From: a virus
Taxonomy: Duplodnaviria; Caudoviricetes
Strand: one strand, 5' to 3'
Length of the DNA: 64,000 nt
Virus record (IMG/VR): IMGVR_UViG_3300032135_000291
Location: 1-64,000 of that record
Made by a program: the position numbers and the translations under genes. Below are positions 9,465 to 20,456 of the stretch, piece by piece. How positions within the stretch are numbered: the stretch's first letter is position 1; every line of letters starts with the position of its first letter. Below the pieces are notes generated by a model. It ran no database searches and was not told the DNA's origin. It was given only the letters and a program-made list of their open reading frames with translations.

Positions 9465-10655
9465 GTGGTAGCCGTAGACGTTTTTGAGACCATGTGGGCG
9501 TTGGGCGTGCCCTCGTCAGACATGACCGACCTGAAAAAGGTCGAACCGTTCCGCGTCTCGACGGTGGGCGAGCGTCTCATGCTGCGCAAGGCGATGGAGG
9601 ACACCTTCGACGTGCCCTCTGACGGGTTCATCGAGAACCCCTGGGGCTTCCCGCCGATGCCGCTGCCCGTGCGACGGTCCACGACTTCTGACGGGCTCAT
9701 CATCGCGCCGTCATCCATCTCGTTGGACGGCCTCGGCCACCCGATCTTCTGGATCGACCCTTCTCTGACGCGTCGCACCGACGAAGAGCGGGAGCACCCG
9801 GAGCGTTGGGGTGTCCGGATGTTCTACCTGATCATGGCAATTGGCGGGTACGACCCTGACAGCCTCAAGTGGATCAACATCCCGCGCTCGCAGGGCGTCG
9901 ACTACACGAAGGAAGACTGGATCGCGTACCGCCAGGGCGTCTCGTCTGTGCTCAGCACAGTGCGCCCCTTGGACGAGAGCGATCTTGCCGAGCCGATGGC
10001 GAGCATCAACGTAATGGTTGATTGGGCCCTGGCCACTTGCGTGGAGTTGCAGGCGAAGGTCTTCGCGGACTACCGCGCCGAACTCGATGCCGCCTACACG
10101 ACTGCTGTCGCATCGACGCAGGGCCGCTCCGAGTGGGACGTGTGGGACGCGAAGATGAAGGACGCGACCGCCCGCATCGCCGCCACGGTGGAGTCCGGTG
10201 CTGTACCCTCATCGCAGGTCCCCGAGATTTACGGGCTCGTTGACGACCTCGAACGCGTAGTGAAGCACACCGAACGCTGCGCGTCCATGCTTTCCATTCC
10301 CGTGGTCACCGCGGGCTCCGCCGGAGACAGTGCGGCTGCGGCTGCGGCCGCGACAGCGCTCAACGCGGCGAAGGCCGATGTGGACGTGAGCGTCGATTCG
10401 CTGAAACAAGACGCGCACCGACTCTTCGAACTGTCGTCAAACTCGTCACCACGTGAGTTCGTCCGTCTTCACGAGTCCGCCACGTCGCTGTATATGCGCT
10501 CCTGGAGGGCGATGATGGTGTCCGCCCGCAACCTGGTTCGCGCATCGGAAGGGCAGAGCGCTTACCAGTCGTGGGAGGCGCTCGAACTCGTCGAGGACCC
10601 CCACTCGCAGGCGTGGCCCCCGCTGATGGATCTGCTCGCGGGCCTGGGCCGGTAG
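9465..10655 (+). CDS. Hypothetical protein in transfer-like cluster
   Basis: Long ORF; SD AGGAGG 7 nt before GTG 9465. Confidence 0.7.
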   Translation: MVAVDVFETMWALGVPSSDMTDLKKVEPFRVSTVGERLMLRKAMEDTFDVPSDGFIENPWGFPPMPLPVRRSTTSDGLIIAPSSISLDGLGHPIFWIDPSLTRRTDEEREHPERWGVRMFYLIMAIGGYDPDSLKWINIPRSQGVDYTKEDWIAYRQGVSSVLSTVRPLDESDLAEPMASINVMVDWALATCVELQAKVFADYRAELDAAYTTAVASTQGRSEWDVWDAKMKDATARIAATVESGAVPSSQVPEIYGLVDDLERVVKHTERCASMLSIPVVTAGSAGDSAAAAAAATALNAAKADVDVSVDSLKQDAHRLFELSSNSSPREFVRLHESATSLYMRSWRAMMVSARNLVRASEGQSAYQSWEALELVEDPHSQAWPPLMDLLAGLGR

Positions 10656-10664
10656 GCGGCCCTC

Positions 10665-13382
10665 ATGTTCATTGCATACGCACTAGCGTTGCTGACCTCA
10701 CTCGGGTGGGGCGCGTACGCCTTGCGCTGGTACGTGCGAGAGCGCCTCAGCCAACGCGACGCCCGTGACGCGGACGACCGTCAATGGTTCGAGATCATTC
10801 AGGAGTCCGGGAAGAAGGCCGGCCCGTACACCGCGTCATCCTTCGATGGCATGCGTGCGATCTCCCAACTGCTCAACGGCGACATCTCGCTTGCGCCGAC
10901 CAAGGCGCTGCCGAAGGTGTCGTTCGTGTGGGTCCGCTCCGCCGACGACAAGGCGCAGTTGACGCGCCTGTACGTGAGCGCGAGCGAGTCACTGGGCGAA
11001 TCCGGGCTCCCCGCGCTGCGTGCGTACGCCCGCTCGATCGGCGCACGACTTGGCACGCCCACAGTGCTGCGACTCCCGACCGAGAACGTCATCATGGGGC
11101 GACGACGCCACATTGCACTCGGTCAGATGCGGGATAAGGTCGACGAAATCGGGGTTGTCTCCGACACGATCGCTTCCATCGCCAACGCAGTGGCACGCGA
11201 CGAATCGGTCGCCGTCATGATCACCGTCGAAGGCATGGGCGGCTCCGAGCGGTCCATGCTGCATGACGCGGTCGTCGCGGGCGCCTCACGGGGCGCCGGA
11301 CGCAGAAGCAACCTTGCACGCGACTCCACTGGCGAGGCACGCCAAATGGTCGAAGGCTCGGTCCGTTTGGGCTTGGCGGCCGCGAACCACAACGGCGACG
11401 AGCAGACCTGCCGCACCCTCGTGGACTCGGTCGCGTCCGCGACATCAACACTTGGCTACGAGGTGCAGGCCGTTCCCCCGCGCATCGCCCAGTTGCGTTC
11501 CAGCGTCCAATGGGGCGTGCCTGTCGCGATGATGTCTGTCCTCATGATGCTCACCGGCGCTGTCGGCCCCGCGCTGCTGGCGATCGCGCTGCTCGGCGGC
11601 GGTGCCGCTGCACTCGTGTGGTGGCCCGAAGCCGTTAACGGACCCGTGACCCGCATGGCCGCCAGGGGAGAGGTTCTCCTGCCACGCTTCCTGCCGCGAC
11701 CGATGTCGTTGCGTCGCGGCTTTGAACGTGCCCGCCTGCAAATCTCCACCCGCCGCTTCAACAACGCACAGGACGAGGAGGACGTGGACGTTTCCACACC
11801 GTTCCCGTCTCCCAGCGAAGTCTTGTCGGTGCATCACGCCGCGCTGTTCGAGATGACCACCTTCCCGGCCGAGGCGACTTTGACGGCAAGCGACCGGGTG
11901 CAAAGCCGCGGACTGCCCCCGGACATGATCGACGTTGACGAAGGCATCTTCGTTGGCATGTCTGGCACCGGGCAGCCCGTCATGCTCGACATTGAGGACA
12001 TCCACTACAGCCTCTACACGGCTGGCGCCCCGAACTCCGGTAAGTCGAACCTGCTGCTCGTGATGTACGCAGGCATGGTCAAAGCGTCGATTCAGCGCAC
12101 GTCCGGCCTGAGCGTCTCCCCAATCTGGGGCGAGACCAAGGGCGAGGGCGCGTATGACGCATGGATGATCGCCCGCAACCACCCTGGGGCCATCTTCGTC
12201 GACACGCACAATCCTCGCTCCGGTGCGCGACTCGCGCTCGAGGGGCCTCGACTGTCCGACGGCGCGCCTGTGCCGAAGGTGGTCAGCAACTGCACCGCCC
12301 TGGTGTCGAGCATGCAGGCCGCGTACGGCGACGGGGTCAAGGGCCAGGCCCGCGAGATTCTCGACAACGTGCTGCGCTGCTCCATGCTGATGACGCCCGA
12401 CGAGATCGCCTTCGCGGGGCTTGGCGACCTGGTGAACGCGAAGAAGCCGAACATCATGGAACTGTCGTTCTACCTGCTGCAAGGTGACGCTCGTATCGAC
12501 CCATCCGCCAAGATGATCAAACTCGGCGGCACCCTGAGCGCGTCGCTCGGGCTGCGAGAGCAGGCCCTGTCACGTGCCATCGGGTCAATGTCCAGGTTCT
12601 GGGATCCGGCTACGCGCCGCACCTACTTGGAGCGCATCTCCACCGCGCTGAACAAGTTGAACGACATGCGTAACGCCCCGATGCTGTGGACGCCCGACGC
12701 CGCCCGCAAGGACGTGTACCTCGGCCAGTTGGTGCGTGCGTTCGCCCCGTCCGTCGTCAACATGGGCTCGTTCTATGACCCCATCTCGAAGCAGTTCGAC
12801 CAGTCGATCGACCGCTCTGTTTCGCAGCGGCTGATCCGCTCGTTCAACTACCTGCTGTGGGACTACATCAAGGGTCACTGCAACGGCTGGCAGGAGCAGC
12901 GCAAGAGGATTCCGATGTTCTTCGACGAGGTGGCCGACGTCGCAAGCAACGCCACGGGTGATGACGTCCCGAACACCCTCGAAGAAGGTACGAAGGAGGG
13001 TCGTTCACGCGGAGCGGCGTACTTCCTCGGCTCGCAGTACCCATCACAGATGCCGGAGATGGTCCGCCACCAGGTGCTCGCCTCCCGCGGCAAGTTCTGG
13101 TTCGGGCTGCAGAACCCGACGGACCTCACCCTGGCAATCAGCGACCTCATGGTCGACGACGTGAACGCCGAGGGCGCGATCACGCCCAGCAACATCAAGT
13201 CGCTGTCTAACGGTGTGTGCTTTGCGACGCTGCCGCGCCACAACGCGGTGACCCCACCCACGTTGCTGCGTGTGCCGTACGCCCCCGAGTGGAACAAGAT
13301 CCTGTTCGCCCCGGAGAACGGCGACACCAACGACGCGGTGGCCGACTACGCAGAGTTCACGGCGCGCAAGGTGGCGTCATGA
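10665..13382 (+). CDS. Coupling-protein-like (TraD/VirD4/HerA superfamily) membrane ATPase
   Basis: TM segments, Walker A GAPNSGKS, Walker B FFDEVAD, EGRSRGAAYFLGSQYPSQM. Confidence 0.75.
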   Translation: MFIAYALALLTSLGWGAYALRWYVRERLSQRDARDADDRQWFEIIQESGKKAGPYTASSFDGMRAISQLLNGDISLAPTKALPKVSFVWVRSADDKAQLTRLYVSASESLGESGLPALRAYARSIGARLGTPTVLRLPTENVIMGRRRHIALGQMRDKVDEIGVVSDTIASIANAVARDESVAVMITVEGMGGSERSMLHDAVVAGASRGAGRRSNLARDSTGEARQMVEGSVRLGLAAANHNGDEQTCRTLVDSVASATSTLGYEVQAVPPRIAQLRSSVQWGVPVAMMSVLMMLTGAVGPALLAIALLGGGAAALVWWPEAVNGPVTRMAARGEVLLPRFLPRPMSLRRGFERARLQISTRRFNNAQDEEDVDVSTPFPSPSEVLSVHHAALFEMTTFPAEATLTASDRVQSRGLPPDMIDVDEGIFVGMSGTGQPVMLDIEDIHYSLYTAGAPNSGKSNLLLVMYAGMVKASIQRTSGLSVSPIWGETKGEGAYDAWMIARNHPGAIFVDTHNPRSGARLALEGPRLSDGAPVPKVVSNCTALVSSMQAAYGDGVKGQAREILDNVLRCSMLMTPDEIAFAGLGDLVNAKKPNIMELSFYLLQGDARIDPSAKMIKLGGTLSASLGLREQALSRAIGSMSRFWDPATRRTYLERISTALNKLNDMRNAPMLWTPDAARKDVYLGQLVRAFAPSVVNMGSFYDPISKQFDQSIDRSVSQRLIRSFNYLLWDYIKGHCNGWQEQRKRIPMFFDEVADVASNATGDDVPNTLEEGTKEGRSRGAAYFLGSQYPSQMPEMVRHQVLASRGKFWFGLQNPTDLTLAISDLMVDDVNAEGAITPSNIKSLSNGVCFATLPRHNAVTPPTLLRVPYAPEWNKILFAPENGDTNDAVADYAEFTARKVAS

Positions 13383-14809
13383 GTATCCGCGAACTTCCGT
13401 CACGCGTTTCCACGCTCGCTCACACTCCTGTGCCGGAGGCGCCCGCCGGCGTCCCTGCAGCGCAATACTCGCCCGACAAGGAAGACTTCGGTCTGCCGAG
13501 CCAGCGTTCGATCTGGGAGCGGGAGTTCCTCGTGACTCGTCGCTCGCAGACGATGGGCGTGTCGCGTCGCGAAAACCAAGGGGCGCGCCGCACGAACATT
13601 GGTCACCCACCGGTCCGCCTCGTTGACCGCATCGACCCGTTCTGGGAGATCACCTGGGATGACATGATTGGTGGTGCCGACTGGCGCAGGGCGTCCACCA
13701 CGAAGCACCGTCTGACGACGGACGTGCGCGGCAATGTCGCTGTGAAGTCGTTTGAGGCGTTCTCTCCAATCGCCATGAGCCAGCAGGAGTCGTACGGCGA
13801 GAACATGATGCGGATGATGGCGTTGCTGTTCCAGTACGGCGCTTTGACGTCCAGCCAACTGTGCTCATTCATGGACTCGTCCTTCAGGGGGCTCTCGTTC
13901 CCCCTGAACCGGATGTTCGGGCTCGGCCTGGTGGAGCGCATGACGCCCGCTTGGGTGAAGGTTGGCGCCAGTTCGAGGATGTACCACGGGTCCGGTGACA
14001 TCTGGCGCGTGAACCTGCGCTCCGAAACGGTGACGACGTGGCTCGACGGTCTGTCGAACACCGACTACGCCCTGATGACTGGCGGCCGTGACACGGGCTA
14101 CATGCTCCACAACGGCACGTTCGTGTCCGAGTACGCGCTGCGGCACAACCTCGCGGTTGCCGAACTGTGCCTGCGCGGGCTCGAAACGATCCCCGGCTTG
14201 GCCGGTGCGTGGGGCGAACCGTTCGCCGAGGGCAACAAGTTCCTCTCCGAGATGCTTCGCGGGTCACTGGGCGTCAGGTATGTGCGTGGTGACGCAGCGC
14301 TCGTCGGCAAGGACGGGTCCATCGTGATCGTCGAACTGACCGCCGGGCAGGACTCTCGCGACGACAAGCATGGCGCGACACTGGCGGCGCGCGCCGCTGC
14401 CTGGGCGGCGATCGCTAAGATGTCGGACGTCCCCATGTCGCTCGTCGTCGTCTCGGTCGGCGGCTATGCGGCCTCGCGTCGGATTGCCAAGCACTTGCGC
14501 GAGAACACAGAGGAAGAACTCGCCCAATACTTCGCGGACGTCGGCGATCGCAAGCGGGCGCTCGACACCGTACACATGTCGTCCATCCAAAGTTGGTGGC
14601 CGTCCGCTGGTGCGATCAGCCGCAAGTTCCTCACGTTGGAGGCGTTCTCGCCGTTCACGGGGGAGTACCGCGAACTGCTGCCGGCTGACGCCGAATGGGA
14701 CACCGGCCAGCCTGCGGTCGTCAACACTGTCGCCGCGTTGCACACGCCGCCGTGGTCGCTGCGCCCAGTGATGCCTATCGTCAACAATGAAGGGGGGTCC
14801 GCGGCGTGA
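13379..14809 (+). CDS. Replication-relaxation family protein (winged helix plus PD-(D/E)XK-like)
   Basis: LLFQYGALTSSQL wHTH, LRHNLAVAEL, VRGDA..IVELT; coupled to the ATPase by ATGA overlap. Confidence 0.65.
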   Translation: MSIRELPSRVSTLAHTPVPEAPAGVPAAQYSPDKEDFGLPSQRSIWEREFLVTRRSQTMGVSRRENQGARRTNIGHPPVRLVDRIDPFWEITWDDMIGGADWRRASTTKHRLTTDVRGNVAVKSFEAFSPIAMSQQESYGENMMRMMALLFQYGALTSSQLCSFMDSSFRGLSFPLNRMFGLGLVERMTPAWVKVGASSRMYHGSGDIWRVNLRSETVTTWLDGLSNTDYALMTGGRDTGYMLHNGTFVSEYALRHNLAVAELCLRGLETIPGLAGAWGEPFAEGNKFLSEMLRGSLGVRYVRGDAALVGKDGSIVIVELTAGQDSRDDKHGATLAARAAAWAAIAKMSDVPMSLVVVSVGGYAASRRIAKHLRENTEEELAQYFADVGDRKRALDTVHMSSIQSWWPSAGAISRKFLTLEAFSPFTGEYRELLPADAEWDTGQPAVVNTVAALHTPPWSLRPVMPIVNNEGGSAA

Positions 14810-15285
14810 ACGTCCTCGAAACTGTGGCACGCGACCGGGTCGGCTCCATGCCGGCACTGTCGCGGCAAACGGGTATTAGCGAGCGGCTGCTCGCGGCCAT
14901 AGGTGCAGGCGAGGTTGAGCCCGACACGGCCCATGTGCGCCGGATGCGGCAGGTGCTCGGGCAGGACCTTCCCGCCGAGGCCTTCCCGCACTGTGCGCCG
15001 AAGGTCGATTCCCTCATGAATGTGTCGGAGGCGAAGGTGCTGGCTGTACGCGACGAGCACCTCGTGCGCCCCACCTCTGTGATCAAGGACGACATGATCC
15101 GGCTCGTCACGATACGTGATGACGGGCGGGAGAAGGTCGAAGGCTGGGTGAAGGCCATAGAGGATGCGCGCTGGATCCGCGGCGACCTGGTCGCGTTCAC
15201 CCTCAAGGACGGCTCCGTGGTCGAATGCCACCCGTCGCAGACGGTCACTGTCGCCCGACGTCGCCCACCGGCAGAGGCCGCCTAA
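14806..15285 (+). CDS. Hypothetical protein with XRE-like HTH
   Basis: SMPALSRQTGISERLLAAIGAGEVEP; GTGA overlap. Confidence 0.6.
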   Translation: MNVLETVARDRVGSMPALSRQTGISERLLAAIGAGEVEPDTAHVRRMRQVLGQDLPAEAFPHCAPKVDSLMNVSEAKVLAVRDEHLVRPTSVIKDDMIRLVTIRDDGREKVEGWVKAIEDARWIRGDLVAFTLKDGSVVECHPSQTVTVARRRPPAEAA

Positions 15286-15410
15286 GCCCCTCAAAAGTGT
15301 GGTCCCTCGTCGGCATGCCTCTGCGCGCCTCTGTGGCCCGCTGTGGGCGGATATGGGCCTCTCTGTGGCCGTTATGCTGTGGTAGGTCTTAGACGTAGGG
15401 GAGTGGTGTA

Positions 15411-18400
15411 GTGAGAAACGGCATGTTCGCTCCGTGGGAGGGGTGGCGCAAGGCTTTGGGTGGCGTGACTGCCGCCTTCATGGTGCTACTCGTCATCGCC
15501 TTCTCCATCCCACTGGGCATCGTCGCAGTCGGTGCGATGTTCCTCGCCGCGCAAATCTGGAAGAGTCCGATGGACTCGCCGAACTACGACCGCATGCAGT
15601 ACACGATGATGACCCGGTCCTACCGTGTCGCCCTGTTCTTCGTCACCGTGAAGCAGCAGGCGGCCGTGCTGTTCTCCCCGGTCATCCTCCTCGGCGCCGG
15701 CCCGCCCCGCGAGGACCCCGACCACGACTTGCAGCCAGGCTTCTGGCCGCCGTTCCGGCTTTCATCCTGGTGGAGCATGCTGGGCGCTCTCGCCCTCGCT
15801 CCGCTGGAAATCCTGATCAGCCCGATGCGCATGTCCGTCATCGGGGGGTCACTGCCGTGGTTCATTGCGACGGCCCTTGCGATCCCAGGCTGGTACGCGT
15901 TCTTCCAGGTGCTAGCCGACGCACGCAGGCTCGCCCCCGACAAGGACGCCGGCGCACTGGGCGACCCGCCACCGGCGACCATGCTGAACAAGATCGACGA
16001 CCACATCGAACTGCATCCGTCGCTGATTCGCTCAGCGGCCTTCGGGGCAATCCCCGTCGTCATCGTGATCATCCTGTGGATCACCGTGAAGTGGCCCTGG
16101 TGGGTGACGCTCATCGCCGTGGTCCTGTTGTTCTCCTTCACTGCTGCGATCCTGTGGTCACGCAACCTGATGACCGAGTACCGCTCCGCCTGGGTGGAGC
16201 GTGAAGCCCTGGCCGAGAACTGGCAGAGCATCTGGATGAGCCTCCTTCCAGTGAGGGCCGGATCCCCGCTGTTCAGCAACGAGTTCGACCTGCCAAGCGT
16301 CGACGAGTTCGAGGCCGAACTGGCGCGCTGGCACCGCGAGATGGACGAGTCTGACGACCTTGACGCCTCGCCGCCCGAGTACGAGGTGCTCGTCAAGTGC
16401 GCCAACTTCCGATACGCCCCCGGACAGACCTACGAGACTGTGGCCGGAATGACAGAGGGACTACGTGGCGCGCTCAACGCAGGCCTCGTCGGCGTCATCC
16501 CGTTCGGCGAGACGGACCCGCTCGGCAACGAGATTCCCGGCACCGTCAACGCGTCGTTCTTCCGTGTCTTCTACTCGGAGCAGACGACCGAACTGCCTCA
16601 CCTTCTCGACCCCAATGCGAACGCGTGGGCCACCCGCCTGTCGATCCAAGCGAAGATTCTCGAACCGTTGGCCCAGGTGCGCGGCATCGGCCGGTGCATC
16701 GTCGCGAACTTCTACCTGGTGACCCGCCCCGAGTCCCCGCAGACGATCATCTGCGTCAAGTTGCGTCCGCGCGACCCCGGCGTCTCCGTCGACGTCTTCC
16801 TCGAACGCCTGTCCGACATTCAGCGCGCCGCCAACGTCCGGTGGGTGCGCGTGGGCCAGGGCAACGACGAGGGCGAGATCGTCATGTATCTGGGCGACGA
16901 ACCCGTCATTGACGTCACGATGTACAACCGGCCCGCCAAGCGGGAGAACGACACGATTGACCGCATGAACTGGCTGTACTACTTCCACTCGAACCAACTG
17001 CGTGGCGCCAGCGGAACGCCGCGCCTGGTTCGACGCGAGCCCACAACGCCTGTGGTGGACAAGTTGACGTTCTCCCTACCGCCCGGCCTGCCCATGAAGA
17101 AGATCAAGGCGGCCGACGAGGCGATCGCGACGTCGTCCGGCAACGAGTTCATCGAGATCGCCCTGTTGCAGCCACACGACGACACCGCGCCGACAGTTCG
17201 CAGCCGCGGACCTGCGCAACCCAAGCCGGACACCGGCACCCAGTTTTCCATCATCGCCGCGAAGGCCAACCCGCTGCGGAGGGTGTTCAACTTCACCGAC
17301 TTCACTGACAAGGTGCTGACGGGACGCGAGAAGGGCGTGGCGAAGATCAACTGGGCCACAGGCGTGCTGTCTGACGACTCGTTGGCGTACGACGACTGGG
17401 GTAATTCGGACAATCCGCACTTATTGGTAGCCGGTGCATCAGGAGCCGGCAAATCCGTAGTCATGTCGTCGCTCATCCTTCAACTCGCAGCCAACAACGG
17501 CCCAGGGGAGGTTCGCATCTGGATGGTCGAACCGAAGAACGAGATGCAAATTTATCGCGACCTGGATGTCACGGAGCGCTTCGTCGACACGTGGTCTCCC
17601 AACGGGGAGTTCGTGAAGAACGCAGCGGACATGGTCGACGACGCGGTCGCTGAGATGAACCGCCGCAACGAAGCCTTCGTCACCCACCCCAAGCGGCCGA
17701 AGCAGTTGAAGAAGGCGCGCGAGATCGCCATTCGCGAGTCGGAGCAAGCGGGCACCCCACTCGAACGCCACCCCCTCTATATGCCGTACCTCTTCATCAT
17801 CATCGAGGAGTGCGCATCGCTGTTCTCCGGGGTCCGCAAGGAGGAGCGCGACGACCAAATGCGACTCATGGGCAGCACCACAGAACTAGCGCGCAAGGCT
17901 CGTTCTGCCGGCATCCACCTCATCCTCGCCACACAATATCCAACCAAAGAGAGTCTGCCGGTGACGATTCGTAACCAGTGTCGCTCTGTGGGAATGAAGT
18001 GCCAGAACATGGTGGCATCGCTCGTCGTCATTGGTGAGCCCGGCCTCGAAGACATCAACATCAAAGGCTGTGGCAAGGTGCGGGTCAACGGCGAGATGCG
18101 GCTGTTCCGTGGCTTCTGGGTGCAGGACGGCGACCCCGATTACGGGGAGCAGAACGACATCATCTCGACCCTCGGCAAGTTGCCCTCGAACAACGGGCAG
18201 TCCTCTGCGATGCGCAAGGCAGGCGAGACCCCACGCATCAAGTTGCCCGAACTGGGGGAGAGCGTCTTCTCGCTGTGGGACGAGTCTGCCAGCGGCGGCC
18301 GCGCGCAGGCGTCTATGGTCGCCGACGGCAAGGGCATGTACACGCCAGCGGAAGTGGCCGCCGCCGAGAAGCCAAAGCCGGAACGCCCGGAGGACATCGA

Positions 18401-18434
18401 CAGACTCATGCGGCAGGCGCCCACGGGGCGCTAG
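15411..18434 (+). CDS. FtsK/SpoIIIE-family DNA translocase with N-terminal membrane domain
   Basis: PHLLVAGASGAGKS, WMVEPK, IIIEECA, RKARSAGIHLILATQYP. Confidence 0.9.
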   Translation: MRNGMFAPWEGWRKALGGVTAAFMVLLVIAFSIPLGIVAVGAMFLAAQIWKSPMDSPNYDRMQYTMMTRSYRVALFFVTVKQQAAVLFSPVILLGAGPPREDPDHDLQPGFWPPFRLSSWWSMLGALALAPLEILISPMRMSVIGGSLPWFIATALAIPGWYAFFQVLADARRLAPDKDAGALGDPPPATMLNKIDDHIELHPSLIRSAAFGAIPVVIVIILWITVKWPWWVTLIAVVLLFSFTAAILWSRNLMTEYRSAWVEREALAENWQSIWMSLLPVRAGSPLFSNEFDLPSVDEFEAELARWHREMDESDDLDASPPEYEVLVKCANFRYAPGQTYETVAGMTEGLRGALNAGLVGVIPFGETDPLGNEIPGTVNASFFRVFYSEQTTELPHLLDPNANAWATRLSIQAKILEPLAQVRGIGRCIVANFYLVTRPESPQTIICVKLRPRDPGVSVDVFLERLSDIQRAANVRWVRVGQGNDEGEIVMYLGDEPVIDVTMYNRPAKRENDTIDRMNWLYYFHSNQLRGASGTPRLVRREPTTPVVDKLTFSLPPGLPMKKIKAADEAIATSSGNEFIEIALLQPHDDTAPTVRSRGPAQPKPDTGTQFSIIAAKANPLRRVFNFTDFTDKVLTGREKGVAKINWATGVLSDDSLAYDDWGNSDNPHLLVAGASGAGKSVVMSSLILQLAANNGPGEVRIWMVEPKNEMQIYRDLDVTERFVDTWSPNGEFVKNAADMVDDAVAEMNRRNEAFVTHPKRPKQLKKAREIAIRESEQAGTPLERHPLYMPYLFIIIEECASLFSGVRKEERDDQMRLMGSTTELARKARSAGIHLILATQYPTKESLPVTIRNQCRSVGMKCQNMVASLVVIGEPGLEDINIKGCGKVRVNGEMRLFRGFWVQDGDPDYGEQNDIISTLGKLPSNNGQSSAMRKAGETPRIKLPELGESVFSLWDESASGGRAQASMVADGKGMYTPAEVAAAEKPKPERPEDIDRLMRQAPTGR

Positions 18435-18497
18435 GCGATCTCGGCGACGCGCGGGGCTACCACACTCCATTTCCGATAGTTCTGATATTCTTTCTTC

Positions 18498-20456
18498 ATG
18501 GTCACTAGCCTCGCCGAGACGCACCCGCTGGTGGCAGCACTCTGGGACGCGGAACACAACGACGCCCCGGTGAGCGCGGTGAGCCCCCGGTCCTCAATCA
18601 TCGGGCACTGGCGCTGCGTTGATCATCCCGAGCACCGCTGGTCCGCCCCTGTGTACAAGATGACCCAACGCAAGCGGGCCTGTGAGCGATGCGCGAGCCT
18701 TGCGTTTCATCACCCCGAGATTGCCGCCCAATGGGACCAGGTTGCGAACGGCATCGTTACGCCATGGGATGTGACTCGGACGTCCGGGAAGGTTTTTCAC
18801 TGGATTTGCCCGAGCGACGATAGGCACCGATGGACGGCGCGAGTTAACTCACGCACCTCCAACGGCGCGGGCTGTCCGCAGTGCTCCGGACGGACGGTTA
18901 CTCCCGGAGTAAACGACCTCGCCACCGTCAATCCTGGACTCGCCGCCGAGTGGGACAACGAGGCCAATGGTGCGCTCACCCCTGGCGGAGTGATGGCGGT
19001 ATCGGGCGTGTCCGCCGCGTGGATTTGCTCAAGCAATCCTGCGCACCGGTGGCGGGCACAGATTTCGAACCGCAAGAACGGTGCAGGTTGCCCGATGTGC
19101 GCGGGGATTGCGGTGTCTCCGGACAATTGCTTGGCCTTCAAACACCCAGCGCTGGTTGCGCAGTTCGTTCGCTCGGTGTTCCCGGTCGGGTTGACGGCGA
19201 ATGAAGTCACCGCGTGCAGCACTGTCCGCGTCCTGTGGCGTTGCGAGTCGGGTCACGAGTACGAGGCGCCGGTCTACGCTCGCACTTCCAGTCGGTCGGG
19301 CTGCCCGGTGTGCGTGAACAGGGAGGTGAGGCCAGGAATCAACGATCTAGCCACCACACACCCCGAGTTGGCTGCACAGTGGGTCGTGGCTGCGGCACGA
19401 CCGCAACTCACGCCGTCCGGTGTCCCTCGCGGGGCCGACCTTGTGGTCACGTGGCAATGCCCGGAGGTCGCGACTCACCGCTGGGAAGCCTCCGTTACGT
19501 CTCGCGCGGTTAGTGGCTGCGGCTGTCCGTCGTGCCGCCCTCCACAATCCGCGCCCGAGCGTGACCTTGCGAATGTGGTCAAACTTCTCGTCGGCGATGA
19601 ACAGGTATCCACGTCAGTGCGCGGCCGCATCCCCGGGGAAATCGACATACTCGTGGAGCCGCTAGGCGTCGCCATCGAGTTCAACGGGCTGTATTGGCAT
19701 TCCGAGCGCGCGGGCAAAGGGTCCGACTATCACCAAACGAAGACTGTCGCGGCGCGCGAGTCGGGCCTGCAACTGATTCACGTTTGGGAGGACGACTGGA
19801 CGGACCGCCGCGATGTCGTCGTGCGGAGCGTTGCGCACAGACTGAACGCAACGCAGCGGATCGACGAGCCCGGCGTGCTCAACGAACGCGACCCGCTGCT
19901 CAAAGAGCGACTTAACGCGCGCTCGCTGGTGCTGGCTCCGGTGACTTCGACCAGGGCGTCAGCGTTCCTGGAGGCCAACCACATTCAAGGCAGGGCTCGC
20001 GCCACGCATCACTTGGGACTACTTGATGACAACGGCCTCGTCCGCGCCGTCCTGTCAGTGATGCGCGGGCGGTCCGGCGAGTGGACGATCGAAAGGTTTG
20101 CCACCCGGGGCGTGGTCCGCGGGGGCTTTACTCGGCTGCTCGCATTCGCGGAACGACACATCAAGGATTCCGGGGGAGGGGTCGCTCGCTGGGTGACGTT
20201 CGCCGACGAGGCCCTGAGCGTGGCAGGCCTGTATGTCGACAGTGGCTTTGAGTTGGATAACGCGCTGCCCCCCGACTACCGCTACGTTGTCGGCAGAAAG
20301 CGAGTGCACAAGTTCAACTACCGGATCAAACGCTTTGCCGAAGACCCGTCGCTGGACTTTGTGGCGGGAGCCACGGAACGAGAGTTGGCGGCGCTTAACG
20401 GCCTGGCGAGGATCTGGGACTGCGGCAAGACGCGCTGGGTCAAGCCCGTCGGCTAG
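18498..20456 (+). CDS. Zinc-ribbon (DUF4379-type) repeat protein, 5 repeats, plus Vsr/PD-(D/E)XK-like and Hef-like C-terminal domains
   Basis: NDLAT.HP.LAAEW..W.C...H.W...GCP.C units; EIDI..AIEFNGLYWH; leaderless TATTCT-N6-ATG. Confidence 0.85.
   Translation: MVTSLAETHPLVAALWDAEHNDAPVSAVSPRSSIIGHWRCVDHPEHRWSAPVYKMTQRKRACERCASLAFHHPEIAAQWDQVANGIVTPWDVTRTSGKVFHWICPSDDRHRWTARVNSRTSNGAGCPQCSGRTVTPGVNDLATVNPGLAAEWDNEANGALTPGGVMAVSGVSAAWICSSNPAHRWRAQISNRKNGAGCPMCAGIAVSPDNCLAFKHPALVAQFVRSVFPVGLTANEVTACSTVRVLWRCESGHEYEAPVYARTSSRSGCPVCVNREVRPGINDLATTHPELAAQWVVAAARPQLTPSGVPRGADLVVTWQCPEVATHRWEASVTSRAVSGCGCPSCRPPQSAPERDLANVVKLLVGDEQVSTSVRGRIPGEIDILVEPLGVAIEFNGLYWHSERAGKGSDYHQTKTVAARESGLQLIHVWEDDWTDRRDVVVRSVAHRLNATQRIDEPGVLNERDPLLKERLNARSLVLAPVTSTRASAFLEANHIQGRARATHHLGLLDDNGLVRAVLSVMRGRSGEWTIERFATRGVVRGGFTRLLAFAERHIKDSGGGVARWVTFADEALSVAGLYVDSGFELDNALPPDYRYVVGRKRVHKFNYRIKRFAEDPSLDFVAGATERELAALNGLARIWDCGKTRWVKPVG

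Noticed and set aside
9438-9471. ATG 9438 start and a class A motif at 9463
   Set aside because: GTGGTA is better explained as the GTG start codon following SD AGGAGG
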